Below are positions 1-21,500 of a stretch of 64,000 nt of DNA, in pieces (the stretch's first letter is position 1; every line of letters starts with the position of its first letter). Under the pieces are notes generated by a model. It saw only the letters and a program-made list of their open reading frames with translations, did not search any database and was not told the DNA's origin. Where the stretch lies: the NCBI GenBank assembly GCA_009602725.1, contig WELB01000014.1, positions 1,072,584-1,136,583 on the forward strand, given 5' to 3'. Made by a program: the position numbers and the translations under genes. Source of the DNA: Spirogloea muscicola (taxonomy: Eukaryota).

Positions 1-1659
1 GTCGCTCTTGCGACGACGAGTTTCGGCCTGTTTGCAGCGTGCTCAGGCTAGTGCCTTGCACCAGAAAGCTGGACGAGCTCTAGTAGGTGGCAGAAGGGCT
101 CCGTTCCTGGCATCTAGTATTCATGCATCGAGTAGTGACCTTTAAGTTTTGACCCGTGGTTATTGAGCGGGTCAATCTGCTGTAGGTCATGTAGATTTTT
201 AGATGTGCTTGCCTTTGTACCTGGCCATTTGGCCTACATTTCTTTCTAATACACGATGGCTCTCTCGCAGAGAGGGTACCCGCAAGAGGGTGAGGCCGCT
301 CACAAAGAAAGTTCTTCCAAGAAGGGGCTATGGCTGTGAAAAAAGCAGCTCTTCCACAGGGGGCGAAAGCTGTAAAATGCCTAGCCCACACAAATAACAA
401 GCTTCAGAACCAGAAGCGCGGCCAGATTGACTGGTGGCTGGGAAACGGGTGTGAAGCTGGTGACTCTGGGGCGAGGGCTGTGAAAAAAGCCAGCCCAAAA
501 CTTATTGACACACAGGCGAAATGCGCAAAAAGACATAAGAAATCGAGGACCATGTCAGATACTCACTTAGGTCATCTAGTAGTCGCAAGTCAGAAAGACT
601 AGCCGCCGGAAGAAAGCGCGGCCAGATTGACTGGTGGCTACTAGATGAAGCCGGAAACAGTCCCCTTGACGACAGAAGATTCCGTGTATTGGAAAAAACC
701 GTGTATCAAAAGAGGCACCCCGACAAAGTCCCGGTAGGATAAGGAACCGCTTTTTCAATTGAAGGCAGTGGCTGTGAAAGATGTGAACAGCCAGCCCAAA
801 AAGAATCGACAAGGTCCGAAGGGGCCACAGAGAGACCCACTTCCAGGAGCCTAGCATCTCTGATCTGCGGCTGCTTAGCAGGGGTCTTAGCGCTTCCCCT
901 GGCCCCCTTCTCGTACTCTGTTCATTCTTTTTCGGGCTGGTTGTTCCAGCCCCTATTCCAATGGGCGAGCACTTTCTTCTAGCAGGGGTTACTGAGTGAT
1001 TCGTAGCTGCTTTGTTTCTGTGTGCTTGGTTTTCTTAGCGCTTCCCCTAGCCCCCTTCTCGTACTCTGTTCATTCCTTTTTGGGCTGGCATTTCCAGCCC
1101 CTGTTCTCGATGGGCGAGCACTTTCTTCAAGACGCTTCCATGAGGGCGATGGCTGGGAGAGGCCAGCCCAGGAAATTTTTTGGACAAATGTCAAAGAGGC
1201 CAAGGGAAAGAAGAAAGTGATCGCCCATTGAGAATAGGGGCTGGAAAAGCCAGCCCAAAAAAGAATGAACAGAGTACGAGAAAGGGGCCAGGGGAAGCGC
1301 TAAGAAAAACAAGCACACAGAAAAACAAAGCAGCTACGCATCACTCAGTAACCCCTGCTAAGCAGCAGCAGGTCGGAGATGCTAGGCTCCTGGAAGTGGG
1401 TCCCCTGGCCAGAGCCAGAGGCAGCAGCGAGGGCTCTGCCGGCACGAAGGTGCAACGCCCGGGCCATAGACCTCTGCAGCGAGACGGCCAGGCGCATTCG
1501 ATACACTTGCGCCAGCGACCCGGCTGCAGGAAAGTCTACCGGCTCCCCATGGAAGCAACGGGCGATGGTGTTTACGAATCACTCAGAAACCTCTGCTAAG
1601 CAGCCACAGGTCGGAGATGCTAAAGCTAGCACACATGGAATCAAGCAGCTACGAAATAC

Positions 1660-2440
1660 TCAGTCACCCCTGCTAAGCAGCCGCAGGTCGGAGAAACTGG
1701 ACTCCTGGTAACGGGTCCCCTGGCCAGGGCCAGAGGCTGCAGCTAGGGCACGACCGGCACGCAGATGCAACGCACGAGCCATGGACCTCTGCAGCAAGAC
1801 AGACAAGCGTATGCTGTACACCTGCGCGAGCGAGCCTGCTGCATGGAAGTCCACCGGCTCGCCATGGAATCGGTGGGAGATGGTCTGCCGCGATAGCTGA
1901 TTGAGCAGCTCGAGCCACCGAGCGCCCAACGCGCCGTGGGTGTCGATGGCGAGTGGGAAGAACTCGTCGTCCCGCGGATGGTCAGCGTACTTCAAGTCCT
2001 TGGCCCGAGCGGCGCGGGCCACCGCATACCCAGCCGTGGAGGCACAATGTGCAGGGTGAGAGCCGTCGTAGGAGTCGGTGGTAACCACGTCTAGGATGAG
2101 ACGCAGCCCGACAGCTAGTGGGGTGGCCAAGAGGTCGACGCAACGGGCGGGAGACCGTCCGCCCGCTGCTGTAGCGGCATGACTGCGGAGTTCTCGGCGG
2201 CCACCGAGAAGCCGGCTTCCATGAGGATGCCATGCATGGCATCCCAGAGGAGGTCGTGCGCAGCTGTCCGGTCCCCACCGCGGGCACACCGCAGAACATG
2301 GTCGGCCAGCTCCGCAAGCTTGGCCCCCCCCCTCGCCGCATTCGCACTGACGCACTCCCTGGAGGCATGGCGGCGGGAGACCGAGAAGCCGGTGGATGGC
2401 ACTACGGAATGCCTCATCCGGGATGGTGAGGGCGTCGGTG
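1660..2440 (-). mobile_element. Degenerate non-LTR element C-terminal half (CCHC zinc knuckle + PD-(D/E)xK endonuclease), family A-like
   Basis: Reverse frames give QCECG...DHVLRCARGGDRTAAHD...VDL...LDVVTTD...AKDLKY...FFPLAIDTHG...SDLRLLSRG, with frameshifts. Confidence 0.85.
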
Positions 2441-2449
2441 AAGGGGAGG

Positions 2450-2887
2450 GCCCTCACCTTCCCGGACGAGGTATTCCGCAGTGCCATCCACTGGCTCCTG
2501 GGTCTGCCGCCGCTAAGCCTCCAAGGGTGTGCGTCAATGCGAATGTGGCGAGCGAGGGGCCGAGCCTGGGGAGCTGGCCGCCCACGTTCTGCGCTGTTCC
2601 CACGGCGGAGAGCGGACAACGGCACACGACCTCCTCCGGGATGCGATGCATGGCATCCTCGTGGAGGCTGGCTTCTCGGTGGCCGCCGAGAACTCCGCAG
2701 TCATGCGCTTCAGCAATGGGCGGGCGGTCTCCACGCCCGTCGCGTCGACCTTGTGGGCACCCCACCACCGGTGGGCCACGTCTTTTCCTTGACGTGGTAA
2801 CCACTGACCCCTATGACCGCACACACCCCGTACAGTGTGCCTCCAAGGCTGGGTATGCGGTAGCCTACGCCGCTCGGGCCAAGGAGG
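2450..2887 (+). mobile_element. Related non-LTR fragment (zinc knuckle/endonuclease), head-to-head with the 1660-2440 copy
   Basis: LTFPDEVFRSAIHWLLGLPP...QCECG...HVLRCSHGGERTTAHD...LDVVTTDPYD...AGYAVAYAARAKE. Confidence 0.8.
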
Positions 2888-3921
2888 TCAATCGCGGTTT
2901 TCCCGTGCTGCAGACGAGCAACCACTGGAGCATCTCCGGAGTCTCCTCCAAGGGGATGCTCGAGGCCAGGCTCGGCTCCTATCTGTTTCGTCTCTGGGAG
3001 CGTCTGAGTGGCTCTGCGCTTTGCCTTTGCATGCGGGCTTGCGGATGGAAAATGCTTTGTTTTGCGATGCTATTTGCCGCCGCCTTGGCTTACCATCCCT
3101 GTGCTTGGCAGGGGTGACCCAATGTGAATGTGGGCTAATTGAGCATGATGGATTGCTCATGGGTGACCACATGCTCAGGTGTGCCAGAGGCAGTGAGCGC
3201 ACGAGCTCCCACAACCTCCTATGTGACGCCATGTATGGCATCGTCAAGGAGGCGGGATATCAAGTGGCGTTGGAGAGCACCGGGGTGATGCCCGTCCAAC
3301 TCCGCAACGGGGTCCCTCGGACGAGGCGTGTCGATCTGATAGGCGTCCCCCTGGGAGGTGGCAAGCGGCTCCTCATGGACTTCGTCCTGACCGACAGCTT
3401 CCGAATGAAGGGCCCCACTACTTCTGAGACCGGCTATGTTTTGAAGGTGGCCGAACAGAAGAAGTTGCACAAGTACAAGGACCACCCGGCGGGGGATAAC
3501 TTTTACCCCCTGACCATGGACATCCATGGGTGTTACGGGGGTCGGTGGTCCTCGTTACTTTCGCTGCTGGCCTCTCAAGCTGACCAGCGGCGCCGGGAAC
3601 AGGGTGCAGCCCTTTCTCTTCTTCCTGGTGGCTCGGTACCTTCGGGTCTTGTTTCCTGCCACCAAATGCGTTTATCTATTTGCCTACAGCGGTCCCAGGC
3701 TGATTGCTTTGCATCGCTGGGCTGGTCGCGCCCTTGCAGCAGCCTCTGGTTTGCGCAGCGCGGTTGCGCTTCTTCCCTCAGCTCATCTGGCTTCCTACTG
3801 CTGACACGGAGGTATTGAGGGCGCCCTGTCTGCCTAGCCTTTGGCTCCGTCATGAACACCTGTATGCATCTGGCTGGCAGTCTACAGCCGATTCTTTAAT
3901 ATCAGCAGCCGCATCCTTCTT
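2888..3921 (+). mobile_element. Non-LTR retrotransposon family C, 3' part with 3' UTR
   Basis: ORF 2835-3818: GASEWLCALP...RRLGL...QCECG...DHMLRCARG-ERTSSHN...RRVDL...MDFVLTD...KKLHKY...FYPLTMDIHG. Near-identical to 35496-36189 plus 36963-37410; ends in CCTTCTT. Confidence 0.9.
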
Positions 3922-4281
3922 GGAAATGGCAGAAGGTCCAGCCACCGACTGCCGAACGCCCCGTGCACATCCATCGCCAGCGACAACGATGACGAGTGCC
4001 GAAAGGCGCCAAAGCCACAGGCAAGCCACTCACCCATCGAGCTTCGCGGGGAGGCCCCATGGCCACGCCGTCAGCCGGAACCACTCACCGCGCCATGCGC
4101 CGCGCCAGGCGCCGTCGGGCGCGGCGCGCCTCCTGAGGCGGCGCCCCCCCCGCGGGCAGGCGGCGCAGCGGCTGGCGGTGCGGCGCGTCGGCGGGAGGCC
4201 GCGCTGGCGACGCGAAAAGGTGCAGCCGCCACCGCTTGTGGTGCGATTGTGGTGCAATTGTGAGGCCTCCGGGGCGCCGCG

Positions 4282-10241
<5,960 letters not shown>

Positions 10242-10739
10242 TGGATCAACTTTTGCCTAGCACAACCACAGCCTGAGGCCTGCGTTTGTACAGCCACTGA
10301 TTCACTGCTTTCATATTGGATGGCCAACACTGCTTATCAAGTCACAGGCAACCTTGCACAGCTCAAGCATCCGGGCACAAGGTACAATCATCTGGCTCAA
10401 GCACCGCCAGCAGCATACTAATTACGAGATTTGCAGCTTCTTTTGGCATGGCTGCTCCACATCTTCATGGTTGCTGCTGCTGTGTAGCTGGCCGGCGAGC
10501 GTCATCAAGTATTGGTTGCCAAGCCAACCAACTATGTCACGTATCTGTTGCTTGCTCCGCAGTTGCAGTGCTGGTGGCTCAGCTGCTCCACTTCTGTATC
10601 GCCCAAGCAAAACATAGCTCTCTTAAGCTCAGCTTGAATGTTGGTCGATTAGCGCCGCCAAGAATCAGGCATTGGTTTCTTGGAGAACCACTCAACAGTG
10701 CGTCAGCAACCTCTTGGGCAGTGAAGTGCTTTGCAAGTG

Positions 10740-11239
10740 AAGAAAGTGCTCGCCCATTGAGAATAGGGGCTGGAACAAACAGCCCGAAACAGAACAGAGT
10801 ACGAGAAGGGGGCCAGGGGAAGCGCTAAGTAACAAAAACAAAGCTGCTACGAGACACTCAGTAACCCCTGCTAAGCAGCCGCAGATCAGAGATGCTGGGC
10901 TCCTGGAAGTGGGTCCCCTGGCCAGAGCTAGAGGCAGCAGCGAGGGCTCTGCCGGCACGAAGGTGCAGCGCCCGGGCCATGGACCTTTGGAGCGAGACGG
11001 CCAGGCGCATTCGATACACTTGCGCCAGCGACCCGGCTGCAGGGAAGTCAACTGGCTCCCCATGGAAGCGCCGGGCGATGGTGTGGCGGGCGAGCTGGGT
11101 GAGCAGCTCGAGCCACCGAGCGCCCGGCGCCCCATGTGTGTCGATGGCCAACGGGAAGAACTCGTCTTCCCGCGGATGATCCGCGTACTTCAGCTCTTTG
11201 GCCCGAGCAGCGCAGGCGACCGCATACCCAGCCGTGGTG
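10740..11239 (-). mobile_element. 5'-truncated family A non-LTR copy with 7-bp TSD
   Basis: AGYAVACAARAKELKY...FFPLAIDTHG...SDLRLLSRGY*, then a 3' UTR ending GGGCGAGCACTTTCTT. Flanked by GCAAGTG at 10733-10739 and 11240-11246. Confidence 0.9.
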
Positions 11240-11827
11240 GCAAGTGCCTTGACTTGCTGCTGCTTCTCCGCAGCAACGTGGACGACTGGCTGAACCGAAA
11301 GAAGCCGCTTGCAGTGAAAGGGAGGCCAACTTAAGCCAATACAATCTCCAGGCAAAGCGAGTGCAAAGAATGGGGCATACAGCAGTAGGGTAAGCCAGTG
11401 AATACGGCGTGGACGTGGCCAACCTTCAGTGACCAGTCTGGCTGTGGATTGGGTTGCACTGAGATGGCAGCTTCGCATTACACGAACTACGAAGCGAGAG
11501 GCTAAAGTACGTGGTACTTGATAGGCAGATGTGTCCTCGTCAGCACCCCGCCTGATGCCGTCGCAGAATTTGGGGCTTTCCCCAACGGAGTCGCTCATCT
11601 GGATGCCGACTACAGAGTTGCGCTTTCAAATTCAGAGGCTTGTGCTGCGGTTGCATTGGCGGCCCCATCAGCTGCACCAATGCCGTTGCTATCATAGGAC
11701 ATGAGGCCTATCGGTCACTCGCGCATACGCTTCCTGGCTGGTCCATCACCCAGCCCGGAAAAAGAGCAGCGACCAGGTCGGAGGCTTCATCAGCCGGCCT
11801 TGCACAGCCCTCCCCGGCCTTTGCATA

Positions 11828-12145
11828 AAGAAGTGCTCGCCCATTGAGAATAGGGGCTGGAACAACCAGCCCGAAAAAGAATGAACAGAGTACGAGAAGG
11901 GGGCCAGGGGAAGCGCTAAGAAACAGAAACAAAGCAGCTACAAGACACTCAGTAACCCCTGCTAAGCAGCCGCAGATCAGAGATGCTGGGCTCCTGGAAG
12001 TGGGTCCCCTGGCCAGAGCCAGAGGCAGCAGCGAGGGCTCTGCCGGCACGAAGAAAGTGCTCGCCCATTGAGAAAAGGGGCTGGAACAACCAGCCCGAAA
12101 AAGAATGAACAGAGTACGAGAAGGGGGCCAGGGGAAGCGCTAAGT
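11828..12145 (-). mobile_element. Two tandem short 3'-end fragments of family A
   Basis: Same 3'-UTR module as 10740-10960, repeated at about 11828-12050 and 12051-12145. Confidence 0.88.
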
Positions 12146-12146
12146 N

Positions 12147-16528
<4,382 letters not shown>

Positions 16529-16585
16529 NNNNNNNNNNNNNNNNNNNNNNNNNNNNNNNNNNNNNNNNNNNNNNNNNNNNNNNNN

Positions 16586-17817
16586 TCGGCGGCGGCGGCG
16601 GCGAGGCGGCTGCCGCTGCTGCTGCCGCTGCTGGTGCCGCTGCTGGCGCTGGCAGCGGGCGGCGGCGGCGGCGCGGCGGCGCTGCGCTTCGACGTGAACG
16701 CGTACAGCAAGTGCGTGGGCGAGGAGATTGGCGACCGCACGCTGGTCGTCGGCGACTACCGCGTCGTCTCCGGCGACGCGCCGTCCAACAAGGTCTCCGT
16801 CACGGTGAGGCCTCAGGGTCTAGGGTTCAGGGTTCAGGGTTCAGGGTTCAGGGCCGCGTCGGCGCGCCGGCGGCGAGGGCTGGGGCGCGGAGGAGGACCG
16901 CTGGCAGTCCCCGGGGAGCCGGCTGGCCCTGACGCGCTGACGCGGCGATGACGCGGCGATGACGCTGACGCGCCGGCCTCGCCGCCGCCGCCGCCGCCGC
17001 GGGCGCAGGTGACATCGCCGTACGGGTCGCAGCTGCACTACCAGGACCACGTGGAGAGCGGGCAGTTTGGGTTCACGACCAAGGAGTCGGGGCAGTTCAT
17101 GGCGTGCTTCTGGGTGCCCGGCGCCACGCCCAACGTGCACAACGTGCAGCTGGAGCTGGACTGGAAGACGGGCGTCGCCGCCCAGGACTGGAACCAGATC
17201 GCCAAGAAGGACCGCCTTGACGTGGGTCCCCTCCGCCGCCGCCGCAGCTGCCGCGGCTGTCGTTGCCGTCACTGCGCCCAGGTCGGGTTGAGGCGCTGAG
17301 CTAAGAGGCTCCCATTGCCGGGGTGTTGCAGAGCATGGGCCTGGAGCTGCGGAAGCTGGACGATGCGCTCGAGCAGATCCGCAAGGAGATGAGCTACTTT
17401 CGCACCAGGTGCACGCCCTGTGGCCTCCCCATATCAGAAGGACAATGCATGTTGCGCGGTTGTCCAGTCAAAGGCACATTCTCGTGTAAGCCGCAGCATT
17501 GGCCTGCATTCAGGGCCAATTCATGCCAGCTGCGTATGGCGGCATGCTCCGTTCCAGGGATCATGAACCCAGGGATTCCAAGCTGCTGGGCCTGTGCTTG
17601 CCAGAAAGTCCTGGTCTGCAGGTATCGCTCGGTGCTTGCCTGATGATGTTGCGACGGCGGTGGCAATTGCAGGGAGGAGGAGATGCGCAAGGTGCAGGAG
17701 CGCACCAACGGCCGTGTCGGATGGTTCAGCCTGCTCTCGCTTCTCGTCTGCATTGGCCTTGCAGCGCTGCAGCTCTGGCATCTCAAGTCCTTCTTCGAGC
17801 GCAAGAAACTGCTCTGA
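16586..17817 (+). CDS. p24/emp24/GOLD-domain cargo receptor, p24delta (TMP21-like); start codon hidden in the N gap
   Basis: Signal peptide followed by LRFDV..SKCVGEEI. Exons ..16804, 17009-17221, 17332-17408, 17673-17817 contain GQFGFTTKESGQFMACF, LDWKTGVAAQDW, LELRKL, REEEMR, a TM segment and the C-terminal FFERKKLL dilysine motif. Confidence 0.93.
16813..16853 (+). repeat. Telomere-like (TTCAGGG)n array in p24 intron 1
   Basis: Four perfect TTCAGGG units (16826-16853) plus two degenerate units, just after the 5' splice site. Confidence 0.85.
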
Positions 17818-18516
17818 CCACCCACCCCTCCTCCACCCAAAGTGCAGACTGGGGTGCTCATGCTCGCGCCACTTCCCTCTATCGCAGCCGCACAACTGCC
17901 CCGCACATTCCCCCAGTCTCTGTATAACACTACGAAACATGAGGAAGAACATCTTCCCTTGTCGAGCCCGAGCACGCCATGCAAGTCTTGCTTTAAGCGG
18001 CACCACCTGCAGTTGTCGTTCCACTAAACAGAAGTAGCAGCAATTGTTGCGCAGAGGTCGGTGGTGCCATCCTCATACAGCCCGGCAACTGCACCTCAGT
18101 GATACGCATCATTGTGCATGGTACTGTCAGGGATAGGAGGCTCCTGCAGAACAAGCCAGTTGACCTTGTCTGCCTCTCCCTCAGCACTCGTAGCCTGCGA
18201 GCAGGACTTTGGTGCAGAGGCATGTCTGGCTTCCTGGGGTCATTACCTGAGCGCGCATTCGACCAATTGCGCTGGACCTTTGAGAAGGAGTACTAAAGCA
18301 AGCCACCCACCAACCATTCTTTACAAGTCATTCTTGACAGAGAGTTGAACAGCAAAGATGCAGAGGGGAGGTCAATGGTTCTGTGCTTAATGTTGAAGTT
18401 CATCATCATGCATGGCCAAAGCTTCCGTTGTCATGCACTTCTCTGGCAAGCAGCACGGTTGGTCTACTGTGCTGTGCTCCTCCTCTAGTAAACAATTAGC
18501 AAGTATCCTGCAATGC

Positions 18517-21500
18517 TCAGTTGTGCTTATATCTGTGCCACACGAGAGTTAAGCCTTGGCAGGAGCAGCTGCTAAGGGAGTTCATCCTCGCTAAGTATCG
18601 CACATTGTGCACAGCGTATACAGACCTGATTAAAGGTTGCTCGTTTCTTAGCAAGCTTGCCGACAAGCGTGGCAAGGCTGTGCAGGACCTTAGACTTGTC
18701 TGACTGCTACGCGTGCATTTTGCGCCCTTCCATGGCTCAAGGTCTGTCCACTTGTAGAGGCACAAGTCGGGGCTCCAGGAGCGGCAGCAGCAGCCGCACC
18801 ACCTCCTTCATGGTAGGCCTGTCCTTGCGCTCATGAAAGGCCGTTAGTTAGGTTACTTATTGACAAGTGTCTACTCATAGTGTGCGGCTCAGGATGCAAA
18901 AGACAAGCTTCCTGGCTGCTCAAGATAGACTCTGATTGGGTAGAAAGTACCTGAGCTCAACTGTCTGCTGAGTGCAAGCTGCTGCAATGGAGGCGAGATA
19001 GTGGAATGAGTGCTGGCAGAAGTCGCCCCTCAGGGTAGGGTCCACCAGGGCTAGCATTTTCCTGGGGTTGTCCACGAATTGACTCGCCTGCCAGTGTACA
19101 TATAAACGTCAAAAGAACAGCTGAGCTCTGTCATATATGCCTAGAATAGCAGCGAGGGCAATTGATCACAGGTGCTTACTGGTTCTATGTGAATAACGTC
19201 AAATATCCTGCTCAATATCTACGACGTGCTGATTTTGCTGACTGCACAACCAGTCATATGTTCGGGCCAGCAGTAAAGAGGTACACAGACCTGGTTGACA
19301 ATTGATTCTGCTCCAGGAGGTAGGTTAGAGTTAATAGGTCGCCGGCCTGTGATAAGCTCCAATAGCACTACCCCATAGCTGTAGACGTCGCTCTTCTCAG
19401 ACAGGATGCCTGCCTGCACATATCTGGTTGCAGATTGGAGCAACTTCACTCGGAATTTGCCCCTACTTGTCCTGCCATTGCTGTCATTTGGCCCATGGAC
19501 TTGGTAACACTGCGACCCTACGACCATCATTCTGAGTTCCATACAGTGCTGCTGTGCCGCATGGTTCTCTAGAACGACTATACAATGCAACAGGCGTCAG
19601 AGGCTCAAGATGCAGTGACTCACTCAGGAGCAACATATCCAAAGGTGCCCAGCACTCTGGTGCTTGGGGGTCGATTTGTGTCAAGCAGGGAAGCCAATTT
19701 TGCAAGGCCAAAGTCAGCTACTTTAGCTGTGTAATGTTCGTCCAACAAGATATTGCTTGGCTTCAAGTCTCGGTGGATCACTTTGGGGTCTGCAGTATGA
19801 TGTAAATACTGCATGAAACACGCTTGTTAAGCTCAGAGCAATCCTGTTAGCAGAATCCATGCATGCATTTGGGAGTGGTCCTAGTTGACTTTAGGGACTT
19901 GCATGATGTAAGAGTTGTCCACATAAGAGCACAGTTGTTGAAGAGGTTGAAACATAGATTGTGGATTGGAACCGACATGAAGGCCCCTAGCCGAGTCAAT
20001 AGCGATTTTGACGCGTGCTGCCCAATTTAGCGGTGTCTGGAAGCCATGAAGATGGTCCAGAACACTTCCCCCAGGCATGAGCTCGTATACCAGAAGGCGG
20101 TGCTCCTTGCTGGAACAATGACCCAGCAGCTCGACAAGGTTTGGATGGCGTAGGTGGGATAAGAGGTCAACCTGTCAGGTAAGCAGAAAAGCCACGAAGT
20201 ACTTGATTAAGCAACGAAGTCATCTGCTACTCCCTGCAAGGTGGCAAGTCAATGAAGCTCCACCGCAGAGTTGATGTCGATGGTAGCAGCCATTATCCTC
20301 AGAGCAGTGTGTGTCAGTCGGATAACTGCATCACCTCCGCCTGAAATTCTTTCTCCCCTTGCGTACTGCCGATTGCAAGGTGCTTGACTGCTGCCTTCCT
20401 TCCATCCGCAAGAATAGCCTTGTAGACCTTGCCAAAGCCTCCTTCCCCAATGACCTGTGTCTCACTGAACTTATCTGTTGCTATTTGGAGCTGCTTAAAG
20501 CTCAGTGCTTGTGTGGTTGTGTGCCTTCGGGGCGTCGTGACAACCTCGTCATCACCCGAACCCTTCTTCTCGGGGCTGGTCCACTCTGCGACAGTCAGCG
20601 GCTCATTGAATCTCAGATTGCTACATCATGCTGACAGCTTGTTGAGGCTGCTTGTTCACTGAAGCATTAGCATTCTCTCTGATCGTGTAGCAGATCCTTT
20701 CATTTGGTACAGTCAAACACGGCACCAGCTGAATTCTCGACATCTGTATAAAGTGTGCCAGCCAGCCAGCAAGACAGTAAGATGTGGATGTCAATGCAGT
20801 TGAGGGTGGGTGGAGAGGTATCTGTGTTGCCCAATATTCTACGGAGCGTGCGGCTCCTGTAATGGATCACCACATACCTACGTCTTGCTGATGCTTTTCT
20901 GGCACCAGTGCCGAGCTTGTCCTATGCAGACGGTGAAAGTGCTTGCCAGAACCCCAATAGCGCCACTTGTAGAAGAGTAATGCAAATATTGACATGCAGG
21001 CCACTACTGGTGCCAAAATGGCCCATGTCAAAAGGAAGGCTCTTCTTCCACCAGAACTTTGCCTGCCGAGACACAGTGGATGAGTGGTTGCTGCACTAGT
21101 GCATCTTAGACTTAAATTGGGTCGATGTATCACAAGATAAAGCCTCATCAGTGAACACCAGCTGAGTCACATCAAGCACATGCAGAAGTATAGGTGTGAT
21201 TTTCTTTGGATGAGCTGCTACGCTTAGATACACAAGGCCTATCCGCACACCAACAATCTCCAATATCAAATCTGATTGTGGTACAGGTACTCAAGTTTTT
21301 GGGGCTTATGCAGAGCATACCAGGGATTCTAGCGCTTGCTTAAAAGGCATATGCAGCAAGATCCTGCAGGCCGACTGAGTTTACAATCGTGAGCAGTGAT
21401 GTTACCTCTGCTTTCCGATTGTTGGTGGAGCTGCTTGGTGGATTTGTACTTCTGTCATGTTTGCAGCCTGCAGAGAAGCCCATAGTGTGCTTGATTATGT

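Larger units (their letters stand above)
1..3921. mobile_element. Nest of 5'-truncated CRE/Zepp-like RLE non-LTR retrotransposon fragments (several families, both orientations)
   Basis: The window opens with an element C-terminus (RRRVSACLQRAQASALHQKAGRAL...SSDL). Repeated 3'-UTR modules follow at 413-446, 476-600, 610-640, 762-820, 835-1128, 1130-1210 and 1210-1570, plus longer copies encoding CxCG...HxLRC, RxD/D-V-x-x-T, KxxKY and FxPLAxDxHG motifs. Confidence 0.9.

Noticed and set aside
835..1330. Repeated modules of about 100 bp resembling a CRISPR or regular repeat array
   Set aside because: Irregular spacing, both orientations, and identity with retrotransposon 3' UTRs; eukaryotic context with no cas genes.
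10740..10830. Possible HDV-like or hammerhead ribozyme in the element 3' UTR
   Set aside because: I could not build the nested double pseudoknot or a CUGANGA/GAAA core; only simple hairpins are supported.
10858..11598. 246-aa ORF as a chimeric host-element gene
   Set aside because: The TSD shows a truncated insertion, and the upstream part is a chance open frame with no recognisable domain.
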